64,000 nt of DNA. It comes from Sphingomonadaceae bacterium (GTDB lineage: Bacteria; Pseudomonadota; Alphaproteobacteria; Sphingomonadales; Sphingomonadaceae). The stretch spans positions 67,620-131,619 of the forward strand of contig JAHDBR010000001.1 in assembly GCA_020630295.1 (NCBI GenBank), in the 5' to 3' direction. This document shows, piece by piece, positions 8,970 to 18,501 of the stretch (positions are counted from its first letter, which is position 1; each line of letters opens with the position of its first letter). Below the pieces are notes generated by a model. That model did not search any database. It was not told where the DNA came from and saw nothing but the letters and a program-made list of their open reading frames with translations. The translations under genes and the position numbers were made by a program.

Positions 8970-10352
8970 ATGTCCGATGAAGCTCTGCTGGCTGGGCCCG
9001 CCATTCGCCGACTGAGAAAGCGTGAAGGATTGACGCAGGCTGCGATGGCCGCACGCCTGTCTATTTCCCCAAGCTACCTCAACTTGATCGAGCGCAACCA
9101 GCGCCCACTCTCCGCACGGGTAATTGTCCAGATTGTCGATCAGTTCGACTTCGACCCCCGCAGTCTGAAGGCTGACGAGTCCATTGGCGGAATGGACGGT
9201 ATGGCACGGCGGTTTGCGGATGACCGGTTCGCCGACCTTGGGATTGACCGGGACGAAATCGCTGAATTTCTCGCCTCGTCACCGCAAGCGGCCACTGCTT
9301 TTGCGCGGCTATATGATAGCGCAGGGTCTGCCGTATCGAACGATGATGATCCTTTGGTGCAATCGCGAAGCGAAATCGAACGGTGGTCCAATCACTTTGC
9401 CGATCTTGATGACATGGCCGAAGAATTGGCTGATGAACTTCGCTTGTCACGCGGAGAGATTAGCGTCGCACTGACCGATAGGTTGCGCGACAAGCATCGT
9501 TTATCCGTCAGGATCCTACCCCGTGAAGTGATGCCCGATGCTCTACGGCGGCTTGATCTGCACGCGCGGCAATTACAATTGTCCGAAATGCTCACACCTG
9601 CGTCGCGCAATTTCCAGATTGCGATGCAAATCGCCCAGCTGGAGAGGCGCGACGATATCGCCAACATCGCTGCTGGTTCACAAGTTGCTGTCGGAGCAGC
9701 GCGTCATTTGTTCGAACGGCATCTGGTCGGCTATTTCGCGGCGGCATTGCTGATGCCGTATGGCCGGTTTCTGCGCGCCTGTGAGGCAACCGATTATGAC
9801 CTTCCGGTATTGGAACGCCGCTTTGGCGTGAGTTTCGAGCAATTGGCACACCGGCTTACTACGCTCCAGAGGGTCGGGCAGCGCGGATTGCCATTCTTCA
9901 TGGCGCGGATCGATCAAGCTGGGCAATTCTCCAAACGGTTTTCCGGTGCGAGCGCGTCGACGCTGTTGGAAAATAGTGAATCCTGTCCGCTCTGGATTGC
10001 AAACCGTGCTTTCGAGCGGAGTGGAGAGCTATGCAAGCAGGCTGTCATTGTTGAGAATGCCGGTACCGGACCAGCGCATTGGTTTACATTGGCCCGAACG
10101 GTAGAAGGAAGCGGTGCCAGCGACGAAGCACGCTTTGCTATCGTGCTGGGTCTGGAGGCCAAACTCGCGGGTAGCCTCGCTCAAGCTCGCGGAACGGATC
10201 TATCAGACCGGGCGGCTCAGCCGATCGGTTTGGGATGTGCAAGATGTCATAGGCCCGGATGCCGCCAGCGGTCGCTGCCGCCGCGCGGCGCGCACCTTGA
10301 ATTCGACCGGATGAGCAAGGGTGTGACACCGTTTCAGTTCGGCGCGCCGTAG
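8970..10352 (+). CDS. XRE-HTH / ImmA-IrrE peptidase-like / DUF2083 regulator (ScfR/RamB family)
   Basis: 460 aa with N-terminal HTH LRKREGLTQAAMAARLSISPSYLNLIERNQRP. It is divergent from aceA, as for RamB-type glyoxylate-shunt regulators. Confidence 0.8.
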   Translation: MSDEALLAGPAIRRLRKREGLTQAAMAARLSISPSYLNLIERNQRPLSARVIVQIVDQFDFDPRSLKADESIGGMDGMARRFADDRFADLGIDRDEIAEFLASSPQAATAFARLYDSAGSAVSNDDDPLVQSRSEIERWSNHFADLDDMAEELADELRLSRGEISVALTDRLRDKHRLSVRILPREVMPDALRRLDLHARQLQLSEMLTPASRNFQIAMQIAQLERRDDIANIAAGSQVAVGAARHLFERHLVGYFAAALLMPYGRFLRACEATDYDLPVLERRFGVSFEQLAHRLTTLQRVGQRGLPFFMARIDQAGQFSKRFSGASASTLLENSESCPLWIANRAFERSGELCKQAVIVENAGTGPAHWFTLARTVEGSGASDEARFAIVLGLEAKLAGSLAQARGTDLSDRAAQPIGLGCARCHRPGCRQRSLPPRGAHLEFDRMSKGVTPFQFGAP

Positions 10353-10371
10353 GTTGGTGTTAACCTGTTAT

Positions 10372-10396
10372 GGAACCAACACGCCCCCAATCGGTT
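10372..10396 (+). promoter_or_regulatory. candidate EcfG-type (general stress sigma factor) promoter
   Basis: GGAAC-N16-GGTT, compared with the consensus GGAAC-N16/17-CGTT. It lies 25 nt upstream of the ATG of the 94-aa ORF. Confidence 0.4.
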
Positions 10397-10421
10397 CTTA
10401 GGCGTAATAACAGGAGTTTAT

Positions 10422-10706
10422 ATGACCGAAGAACGCGTAACACGTACCGAAACGCCAGATGGTAACACGCATACCGAAACTACGATTGTCAGAGACGGCA
10501 ATGGCGGCGGTTCCAAAGGCTGGGTGCTAATGGTCATCCTGTTGATCGCTGTGCTCGGCGGCATATACGTGTTCAGCCAAATGGGCGGGGCCGAGGTCGC
10601 CAAGGACGCTTCAATCGCGGACGCAGCCGATCAAGTCGGTGACGCGGCGCAGCAGGCAGGCGATGCGATAGAGAACGCGGCTGATAATCTCACTGATGGT
10701 GAGTAA
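10422..10706 (+). CDS. small single-pass membrane protein with an acidic Ala/Asp-rich tail
   Basis: 94 aa, with AGGAG as SD. TM segment WVLMVILLIAVLGGIYVF; tail is repetitive (DAADQVGDAAQQAGDAIENAADN). Confidence 0.6.
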   Translation: MTEERVTRTETPDGNTHTETTIVRDGNGGGSKGWVLMVILLIAVLGGIYVFSQMGGAEVAKDASIADAADQVGDAAQQAGDAIENAADNLTDGE

Positions 10707-10829
10707 TTGGCGTCACGTCAGTCTGGACGCAAATCCTTAAATCGATAATCGCACTGTAAAGTTTACCGACAGTTCATACCTTTTTGCTAGCCGGAACATC
10801 CATGAAAAAGGATTTCCGGACAGCAACGT

Positions 10830-12215
10830 ATGTTCCGTCTATTTAAACATTATATACCAAATGCGGTAATGCTCCTTGCCTTGCTCGATCTGGGTTTGCT
10901 GTTCTTGGCGGGCCAGTTGGGCTGGCTTCTGCGCGCATCCCAGATCGGTATCGCCCCTGGGGCGACGGTGGACCGTTTAGTGCCGTTAGGTGCTTTTGTG
11001 CTCATCCTATGGACGGCGATGGTTTCCGTCGGGGTTTATGGGAATGATGCCCTTCGGTCGATGCGCTTCGCAAGCGCCCGGCTGCTCGTCGCGGTGAGCC
11101 TAGGCATTATAGCATTATCTTTCATCGACTTCATCATACCGGGATCGACATTCTGGCGGTCAACCTTGCTGTACTCCATGATGTTTGCGGTTGTTGCTCT
11201 GATTGCGAACCGGATCATCATTGGCGGCTTTCTCGGCACATCTGCGTTCCGCCGACGGGTCATGGTGCTGGGTGCAGGAAATCGCGCTCTGCGGCTGAAG
11301 AAGCTCGCAGAAAAACAAGGCAGCGGCTTCGCTATCGTTTCCTATATCGGGATGAATGAAGGTGAGCAGGTCGTCAAAGAAGCGATCCCACGAGCGGCGG
11401 TGCATGACCTCGGCCAATTCGTCGAGAATTTGGGTGCAAGCGAAGTTGTGCTGGCACTCGAAGAGCGAAGGAACTCGCTGCCGCTGAAAGACCTTTTACG
11501 AATGAAAACCATGGGCGTTCACATCAACGATTTTAGCAGTTTCGTTGAGCGTGAGACAGGCCGGGTTGATCTTGATTCGGTAAATCCCAGCTGGCTCATA
11601 TTCTCGGACGGTTTTTCTTCTGGCCGCGCTGTATCAAGTGCCGCGAAACGCGTGTTCGATATTATCGCGAGCAGCTTCCTGCTAGCCCTCACATTCCCGA
11701 TAATCGCCCTTTTCGCTCTTCTGGTTAAGCTCGACAGCAAAGGGCCTGCTTTCTTCAGGCAGCAACGTGTTGGCCTTTACGGTCAGTCTTTCGATGTCAT
11801 CAAACTGCGTTCTATGCGGACGGACGCTGAAAAAGACGGTGTGAAATGGGCCGAGGAAAATGACCCGCGTATCACACGCCTAGGCCGTTTCATCCGTAAG
11901 GTTCGTATCGACGAATTGCCTCAAACCTGGAGCGTACTGAAAGGACAGATGAGCTTTGTCGGCCCGCGTCCAGAAGTGCCGAAATTTGTCGCCGATCTGG
12001 AAGAGCAACTGCCATATTATGCCGAACGGCACATGGTGAAACCGGGCATCACGGGATGGGCGCAGATCAATTATCCTTATGGCGCCTCGATTGAGGATTC
12101 CCGTCATAAGCTTGAATATGACCTATATTACGCGAAGAACTACACCCCGTTTCTGGATCTCTTGATACTGCTTCAAACGCTGCGGGTCGTTCTATGGCCT
12201 GAGGGTGCGCGGTAA
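10830..12215 (+). CDS. polyprenyl-phosphate sugar transferase, PEP-CTERM/exosortase-system associated type (TIGR03013-like)
   Basis: 461 aa. N-terminal TM bundle plus C-terminal bacterial sugar transferase domain (KRVFDI..., DELPQ, PGITGWAQ). It sits directly upstream of prsK and prsR. Confidence 0.8.
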   Translation: MFRLFKHYIPNAVMLLALLDLGLLFLAGQLGWLLRASQIGIAPGATVDRLVPLGAFVLILWTAMVSVGVYGNDALRSMRFASARLLVAVSLGIIALSFIDFIIPGSTFWRSTLLYSMMFAVVALIANRIIIGGFLGTSAFRRRVMVLGAGNRALRLKKLAEKQGSGFAIVSYIGMNEGEQVVKEAIPRAAVHDLGQFVENLGASEVVLALEERRNSLPLKDLLRMKTMGVHINDFSSFVERETGRVDLDSVNPSWLIFSDGFSSGRAVSSAAKRVFDIIASSFLLALTFPIIALFALLVKLDSKGPAFFRQQRVGLYGQSFDVIKLRSMRTDAEKDGVKWAEENDPRITRLGRFIRKVRIDELPQTWSVLKGQMSFVGPRPEVPKFVADLEEQLPYYAERHMVKPGITGWAQINYPYGASIEDSRHKLEYDLYYAKNYTPFLDLLILLQTLRVVLWPEGAR

Positions 12216-14354
12216 ATGCAAGAGCTTTGGATCCTAGCTGCTTTTGCGCTCTATCTAGGAGGCGCAGCGGCGTGCGTTTTCGGCGCAGGTTGGGTGCTGT
12301 CCCGCGGTGACCGCGACCGGCCGGATCGCAATCCGACTATTGCAGCGCTTGGTCTTACGGCTTTCTGGTGCGTGGTGGTGGCCGCGCTCGGCCCGCAAGA
12401 CCGGCTGACTACCCTTGCGGAAATTGCCCGCAATATTGGTTGGTTGGTTGTTCTCTACCGGCTGTTTGCGAATGATGGCCGTCACGAGGCGCTTAAACCA
12501 ATCAGGCCCGTAGTCGTCGTACTTGCGCTGGTGGAATGCCTTCAGGTGGTACTGCTTGTCGTCGAAGCCCGCTTGGCGGTCACTGAAGAACTGCGCTCTA
12601 TGGTTTTCCAAGTCTGCGCAATGTTCCACATTATGGTATCGGTTGGCGCGCTTGTTCTGCTCCACAACCTGTATGTGGGCGCAGTGCAGAGCGTGCGCCC
12701 TGTTCTGCGCTGGACGGCAGCTGCGCTGGCGGCAATGTGGGCGTTTGATCTGAACTTTTATACCGTTGCTTATCTTGGCGGCGGACTGCCGTTGGAGCTC
12801 GCGACAGTGCGCGGCTTGGTCGTGGCGGTAATGGTGTTGCCAATCGCGGTCGGATCGAAAAGAAGTGCCGCAAGCATTCGCCTGCGCCCGTCGCGCAGCG
12901 TCGCCTTTCAGACGCTTTCTCTGTTGGTCATTGGCGCCTATCTGCTGCTGATGGTTGGCATTGCCCAATCGCTTTCCATGCTGGGCGGTGATTTGGGACG
13001 GCTTACGCAAGTCGGATTCACTTTTGGCGCAACAGTCGTCGCGCTGCTTTGGTTGCCATCTCACCGTCTTCGCGGATGGGTACGGGTCACAGCAGTGAAA
13101 CACCTTTTTCAACACCGCTATGATTACCGCGCCGAATGGCTGCGTTTCACGCGCACGATCGGACGCGGGGATGATATGGCAGCGGAAGGACAAGAGGCTG
13201 CTCATGCAAAGTCTCTGCATGAGCGCGCCATTCAAGCAATGGCAGACATTACAGATAGCCCGTCCGGCCTGTTACTGTTGCCAGGCGATAATGGAGCGTT
13301 GGAGCTGGCCTCGCGCTGGTCATGGCGCAACATACAAGTCCCGGCCAACCCAGTCCCGACTGAGCTCGCCATGCTATTTGAAGAGCGCGGCTTCATCCTC
13401 GATATTGACGATGTTCGGGCTGGGAAGGATCAACATGGCGAATCCGCGATGTTGCCGGACTGGATCCGTGACGAACCAGACGCTTGGGCCATTGTGCCAA
13501 TGCTTCACTTTGATCGTCTGACCGGGGTGATTGTACTTGCACGCCCGGCTGCACCGCGCCGTTTGGACTGGGAAGATTTTGATCTTCTAGGCGTAGTAGG
13601 CCAGCAACTTGCCAGCTATCTCGCAGAGCAATCTGGCCAACAGGCTCTGATGGAGTCCGCGCGTTTTGACGAGTTTAACCGGCGGATCGCGTTTGTGATG
13701 CACGACGTGAAAAATCTCGCCAGCCAGCTTTCGTTACTGGCGCGCAATGCAGAAAAGCATGCCGAAAAGCCTGAGTTTAGGGCTGATATGCTGGTGACTT
13801 TACGCAGCAGCGCGGACAAGTTGAATTCGCTGCTCGCCCGCCTCAACCGGTATGGTTCGCCGGCGAACGAAAAGCGTGAAAAGTTCGATTTGGTAGAAGT
13901 CGCCAGGGCTATCTCCAAACAGTATGAAGGCAGCTATCCCGTTTCGCTGACCAGAACCGAACCGTGCAGGGTCTATGCGGACCGGGAGGCATTGGAGCAG
14001 GCACTCGTCCACATCGTGCAAAACGGAATCGATGCCAGCGAGAATGATATGCCCGTATTGCTTGATGTTACCTCTGACGGCACTCGGGCGACCATAGAAG
14101 TTTCAGATTCCGGCTGCGGAATGACTCCGGAGTTTGTGCGAGACGGGTTGTTCAAACCATTCGTGTCATCGAAGAATTCCGGCTTCGGAATTGGTGCCTT
14201 CGAGGCCCGCGAAATCATCCGCTCCATGGGCGGCCGACTTGATGTCGAATCGCGGCAATCGCTTGGCACTCGTTTTACCGTTTCATTCCCGTTGGCCGAG
14301 GCCGAGAGGCTTATCGGACTAGCAAACTCACCCCAACACATTGAGGCTGCCTAA
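12216..14354 (+). CDS. prsK: PEP-CTERM system histidine kinase PrsK-like
   Basis: 712 aa. Multi-TM N-terminus, GAF-like middle region, H-box FVMHDVKNL and an HATPase domain (DSGCGM, GFGIG). Its stop overlaps the prsR start (TAATG). Confidence 0.75.
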   Translation: MQELWILAAFALYLGGAAACVFGAGWVLSRGDRDRPDRNPTIAALGLTAFWCVVVAALGPQDRLTTLAEIARNIGWLVVLYRLFANDGRHEALKPIRPVVVVLALVECLQVVLLVVEARLAVTEELRSMVFQVCAMFHIMVSVGALVLLHNLYVGAVQSVRPVLRWTAAALAAMWAFDLNFYTVAYLGGGLPLELATVRGLVVAVMVLPIAVGSKRSAASIRLRPSRSVAFQTLSLLVIGAYLLLMVGIAQSLSMLGGDLGRLTQVGFTFGATVVALLWLPSHRLRGWVRVTAVKHLFQHRYDYRAEWLRFTRTIGRGDDMAAEGQEAAHAKSLHERAIQAMADITDSPSGLLLLPGDNGALELASRWSWRNIQVPANPVPTELAMLFEERGFILDIDDVRAGKDQHGESAMLPDWIRDEPDAWAIVPMLHFDRLTGVIVLARPAAPRRLDWEDFDLLGVVGQQLASYLAEQSGQQALMESARFDEFNRRIAFVMHDVKNLASQLSLLARNAEKHAEKPEFRADMLVTLRSSADKLNSLLARLNRYGSPANEKREKFDLVEVARAISKQYEGSYPVSLTRTEPCRVYADREALEQALVHIVQNGIDASENDMPVLLDVTSDGTRATIEVSDSGCGMTPEFVRDGLFKPFVSSKNSGFGIGAFEAREIIRSMGGRLDVESRQSLGTRFTVSFPLAEAERLIGLANSPQHIEAA

Positions 14355-15730
14355 TGGCGCAAGATAAAACCGAACCATTGCCCAAATTGCTGATCGTCGA
14401 AGATGACGAGGGTCTGCAGGCGCAACTCAAATGGGCGTATGAAGACTTTGACGTGACCATCGTGGGTGACCGTGAAAGTGCGCTGGCAGCGCTGCGTGCG
14501 GAAGAGCCGGCCGTTGTCACGCTGGATTTGGGATTACCGCCTGATCCCGACGGCACGACTGAAGGATTTGCGGTGTTGGACGCGATTATGGCGTTGAAGC
14601 CGGAAACCAAGGTGATCGTTGCCTCCGGGCATGGTGCGCGGGAAAGCGCGCTGCGTGCGATTGAGCATGGCGCCTATGATTTTTACCAGAAGCCGGTCGA
14701 TATTGAGGCGCTCGGCCTGATCGTGAGGCGGGCATTAAGCCTATACAAGATCGAAGAAGAGAACCGCAGACTTGCCGAGCAGGTTGGTGACGACAAGACT
14801 GTTTTAGGCGGTCTGATCACCAACGCCCCCGAGATGATGAAAGTGGCGCGCACTATCGAACGGGTGGCAAGAACGAATGCGTCGGTCATGCTTTTGGGTG
14901 CGAGCGGTACCGGCAAGGAGTTGCTTGCCAAAGGGGTCCATGACGCCAGCGACCGAAATAGCGGCGAGTTCGTGGCGATCAATTGTGCTGCGATTCCGGA
15001 AAACCTTCTCGAAAGCGAACTGTTTGGCCATGAGAAAGGCGCATTTACCGGTGCTGTGAAGACCACCGAAGGCAAGATCGAAATGGCCCATGGCGGCACT
15101 CTTTTTCTGGACGAAGTCGGCGATATTCCGCTGCCGCTTCAGGTTAAATTGCTCCGCTTTTTACAAGAGCGGACAATCGAACGGATCGGTGGCCGAAAAG
15201 CTATTGCCGTAGACACCCGCATCGTCTGCGCCACCCACCAAGACTTGGAAAGCATGATTGCAAATGGCGATTTTCGCGAGGACTTGTTTTACAGGCTTGC
15301 GGAAATTGTCATCAAAATCCCCACTTTGGCTGAGCGGCCCGGCGATGCGACATTGCTGGCTAAAGCATTCCTCAATCGCTTCGCGGCCGAGATGAATCCG
15401 CAAGTTAAAGGGTTTTCCAGCGATGCCTTGGCGGCAATTGACGGATGGAATTGGCCCGGCAACGTGCGCGAGCTTGAGAATCGGGTAAAGCGCGCAGTAA
15501 TCATGGCTGACGGGAAATTGATCAGTGTTGAAGATCTTGATCTTGATAGTGGCGACGAGGAAGATTCAGAAGTTCTGAACCTGAAGAGCGCGCGCGAGAA
15601 ATCGGATCGCAAGATTATCCGGCACGCGCTTGCGCGGACCGAAGGTAATATATCCAGCACGGCAAAGCTGTTGGGTATCAGCCGACCGACCCTGTATGAT
15701 TTGCTCAAGCAGTATGAACTTCAGGCGTGA
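14354..15730 (+). CDS. prsR: sigma-54-dependent response regulator PrsR-like (PEP-CTERM-box transcription factor)
   Basis: 458 aa. REC domain; AAA+ with Walker A GASGTGKE and the ESELFGHEKGAFTGA sigma-54 contact motif; C-terminal Fis-type HTH. Confidence 0.85.
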   Translation: MAQDKTEPLPKLLIVEDDEGLQAQLKWAYEDFDVTIVGDRESALAALRAEEPAVVTLDLGLPPDPDGTTEGFAVLDAIMALKPETKVIVASGHGARESALRAIEHGAYDFYQKPVDIEALGLIVRRALSLYKIEEENRRLAEQVGDDKTVLGGLITNAPEMMKVARTIERVARTNASVMLLGASGTGKELLAKGVHDASDRNSGEFVAINCAAIPENLLESELFGHEKGAFTGAVKTTEGKIEMAHGGTLFLDEVGDIPLPLQVKLLRFLQERTIERIGGRKAIAVDTRIVCATHQDLESMIANGDFREDLFYRLAEIVIKIPTLAERPGDATLLAKAFLNRFAAEMNPQVKGFSSDALAAIDGWNWPGNVRELENRVKRAVIMADGKLISVEDLDLDSGDEEDSEVLNLKSAREKSDRKIIRHALARTEGNISSTAKLLGISRPTLYDLLKQYELQA

Positions 15731-17492
15731 TCTGACCCTGAAGATCGCGTCCTGCATCGCTCTAATGGGTGGGTTGGCAGCATGCGATGACGGCGGCGTG
15801 GAAGCGCCGCCGGTTGACCTTGCGCGTGCGCAGCTGGCGCAAGGAAACGGATTGGCGGCCGAGGTACTGCTGCGCGATGCGCTTGCTCAAGGTGCCAGCC
15901 GCGAAGACATTGCCGCATATCTAGGCGAGGCCGAACTACAGCAAGGCGAACTGGCCGAAGCACGCGAATGGCTGGGGAAAGACGAGTTTTCGCAGGCTAC
16001 GCGATCGCACGGTTTTCACATGCTCGGCAGACTGGAGATGGAGGAAGGGAACCTTCCGGCAGCCGGGCAGGCATTTGATCGTTCACTGGAATCTGAACCA
16101 GACGACGCCGAGCTTTGGGTCGATATCGGGCGCCTACGCTATCGCGGCGGTGAGCAAGTGCAGGCAGTTGAAGCCAGCGTCAAAGCATTGGAGCTCGATC
16201 CTGCGTCCCCCGTAGCCTTGCAATTCCGCGCACAATTGGTGCGGGATTCCGAAGGCATGCTGGCCGCTGTTCCGTGGTTCGAAAGAGCTCTTGATCAAAA
16301 TCCGGAAAACGTCGACCTGTTGCTCGACTACGCTGCGATCCTGGGGGAGTTGGGCCGAGCGACTGAGATGCTGGCGGTCATTCGCGAAGTCGCTAAGCTT
16401 GATCCGACCAACCGGCGAATTTACTACTTGCAAGCAGTGCTGGCGGCCCGCGCTGAAAAGTTTCAGCTGGCGCAATCCCTGCTGCTCAGGAGCAGCAAGG
16501 ATGACCGCGAGAAACCTGCCGCGATGTTGCTATCCGGCATAATTGACATTGAAAATGGCAATTATGCCAGCGCCGCGCAGACATTGGAGCGGCTAGCCGC
16601 CATGCAACCGGACAATCGCCGCGTGCGCCAAGTGCTTGCGCGCGCCTTGTCACTCGGTGATAAAAACAGCGAAATTATCTACCGCTATGAAAAACTTGCG
16701 CGGCAGCCAAGTGCTGCACCCTATTTGCAAACCTTGGTCGCAAGAGCTTTCGAGGCGCAAGACGAGCGGGCCAAGGCTGCGGAGTTTCTGGATCTGGCAG
16801 CCAAGGGGCGCACTGGCCGTCTTGTTGTCATGTCGAGCGGGACGACATTGGATGTGGCCGAGGCGAGGGGCCCCAAAACGGGGTTGGACGCATTGGCGCT
16901 GGTGCGTGCACGTATCGTCGCAGGCAACAATGCAGGGGCAGTAGCAGCGGCAGAGGCATTTCTGGACAAGTTTCCGGGATCTGCAGATGCTCTTTCATTA
17001 GCCGGCGACGCGAACCTTGCTGCGCGCCGATATGCAAGAGCTACCGAGCGATACAATAATGCCGGAGCCATCCGGACGCCATGGCTTTTGGCCCGCAAAC
17101 AAGTGAAGGCATTGCTGGCTGCTGACCGACGGAGCGAGGCAATTGCCGAATTGGCCCGGCACTTTGTAGGCGACCCTGCTAATGTCGAAGCAGCAGGCCT
17201 GCTTGCCGGGATTGCGGCAGAACAGAAAGACTGGGACGCCGCCGGGATATTTGCCGATCACGCTATCCGGAATGGAGGCAGGCGCGATCCCTTGTTGCTT
17301 GCACTCAGGGCCGAGATTGCACTGCAATCAGAGGAGTTGGACCTTGCCGCGGAAATGGCAGAGACAGCTTATGCTTTGCAACCAATGAACCGCCAAGTGA
17401 CGGCAACGCTATATAATGTTTATACCGAAACCGCTGGTGATGATGATGCCACTCAGCAGTTGGCGGCAAAGATTAAGAAGCTACGCAACTAA
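15714..17492 (+). CDS. TPR-repeat lipoprotein (short PrsT-like)
   Basis: Start moved to ATG 15714, overlapping the prsR stop. Lipobox LMGGLAAC, with TPR-like repeats throughout. Confidence 0.65.
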   Translation: MNFRRDLTLKIASCIALMGGLAACDDGGVEAPPVDLARAQLAQGNGLAAEVLLRDALAQGASREDIAAYLGEAELQQGELAEAREWLGKDEFSQATRSHGFHMLGRLEMEEGNLPAAGQAFDRSLESEPDDAELWVDIGRLRYRGGEQVQAVEASVKALELDPASPVALQFRAQLVRDSEGMLAAVPWFERALDQNPENVDLLLDYAAILGELGRATEMLAVIREVAKLDPTNRRIYYLQAVLAARAEKFQLAQSLLLRSSKDDREKPAAMLLSGIIDIENGNYASAAQTLERLAAMQPDNRRVRQVLARALSLGDKNSEIIYRYEKLARQPSAAPYLQTLVARAFEAQDERAKAAEFLDLAAKGRTGRLVVMSSGTTLDVAEARGPKTGLDALALVRARIVAGNNAGAVAAAEAFLDKFPGSADALSLAGDANLAARRYARATERYNNAGAIRTPWLLARKQVKALLAADRRSEAIAELARHFVGDPANVEAAGLLAGIAAEQKDWDAAGIFADHAIRNGGRRDPLLLALRAEIALQSEELDLAAEMAETAYALQPMNRQVTATLYNVYTETAGDDDATQQLAAKIKKLRN

Positions 17493-17538
17493 GCCGGACC
17501 GGATAGACTTCACCAGATTGGCAGTGCACAGGACGCCA

Positions 17539-18501
17539 ATGATAGGATGGCTTTCCCGGATTGATATGATGGTCCGCCTGCTGGTGCTTGCGATACTTTT
17601 GGCAACATTCGCACCAGTTACCGGCAGCGGGCAACTCGCGGCACAATATGTTTCGAATGCGGCGATATTCCTGCTCTTTTTCCTGAACGGTATTCGTCTG
17701 TCACGCAAAGACGTGCGCGCAGGAATTGGCAATTTGCGCTTCCTTGCGCCGCTCACATTTTGGTGTTTCGGCGCAATGGCGGCGGCCGGTTACGGAATGT
17801 TCCTGATAGCCGGAAATGTGATGCCGGCACTGGTGGCGCTCGGTCTAATCTATCTCGGCGCGATGCCATCTACGGTGCAATCTGCAGCGGCATATACGTC
17901 GGTAGCAGAGGGGAACGTGGCCGCATCTGTCGTCTCGGCTGCTTTGCTCAACATTTTAGGTGTGTTTGTCAGCATCCCGATCTTTGCATGGCTGAGCGGG
18001 GGAGAGGCGGTCGAACTGGGCAGCGGGGGCCTGTTCAAGATATTCATGATCCTGCTGCTACCTTTCGCGCTGGGCCAACTTTCGCAAAACAGGCTTGGAA
18101 ATTGGTTGAAGGCTAATCCGTTGATCGTCAGTTGGATGGACAGGCTGGCTATAGCCATTGCTGTCTATGTCGCCTTTTCGGGGGCTGTGGAGCAAGATTT
18201 ATGGAATATGCTCGATCTTGCGGCATGGGGGTATCTTATCGCGGCCATTGCCGGTCTGTTGCTGTTTGCTTTTGCCGGTGCCTGGGCACTTTCTGGTCTT
18301 CTGGTACTTAGAATGGGGGATCGCATTTCGTTCATGTTCGCAGGTGCGCATAAAAGCGTGGCGATGGGCGCACCGCTGGCGGTTGTTATATTCGGTGCAG
18401 AGAAAGCCGGACTGATATTGGTCCCGCTTCTCGTCTATCACTTGCTACAGCTGGTGGTCTCGGCACCTTTGGCTACGCGTCTCGCCCAGCGTCAGGACTA
18501 G
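17539..18501 (+). CDS. bile acid:sodium symporter (BASS/YfeH) family membrane protein
   Basis: Start moved to ATG 17539 (MIGWLSRIDMM...). About 320 aa, polytopic; the N-terminus resembles the YfeH family. Confidence 0.7.
   Translation: MIGWLSRIDMMVRLLVLAILLATFAPVTGSGQLAAQYVSNAAIFLLFFLNGIRLSRKDVRAGIGNLRFLAPLTFWCFGAMAAAGYGMFLIAGNVMPALVALGLIYLGAMPSTVQSAAAYTSVAEGNVAASVVSAALLNILGVFVSIPIFAWLSGGEAVELGSGGLFKIFMILLLPFALGQLSQNRLGNWLKANPLIVSWMDRLAIAIAVYVAFSGAVEQDLWNMLDLAAWGYLIAAIAGLLLFAFAGAWALSGLLVLRMGDRISFMFAGAHKSVAMGAPLAVVIFGAEKAGLILVPLLVYHLLQLVVSAPLATRLAQRQD

Noticed and set aside
12255-13235. 326-aa minus-strand ORF inside prsK
   Set aside because: It is antisense to a histidine kinase with clear domain logic. 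The product is rich in Arg, Gln, His and Cys, with no SD and no motifs.
15630-15713. N-terminal extension of the TPR ORF in the track. Similar extensions occur at 17416-17538, 20482-20613, 48270-48473, 54577-54699, 60506-60754 and 61723-61779.
   Set aside because: The extensions overlap the preceding genes or lack SDs. They add non-homologous residues ahead of canonical N-termini (lipobox, signal peptides, SNF and TauE motifs). Downstream starts with SDs were preferred.
18473-18501. 29-nt convergent overlap of the BASS and DUF475 gene ends
   Set aside because: Short convergent overlaps recur throughout this window (for example at 6342-6345 and 50936-50939). I see no sign of a frameshift or fusion.
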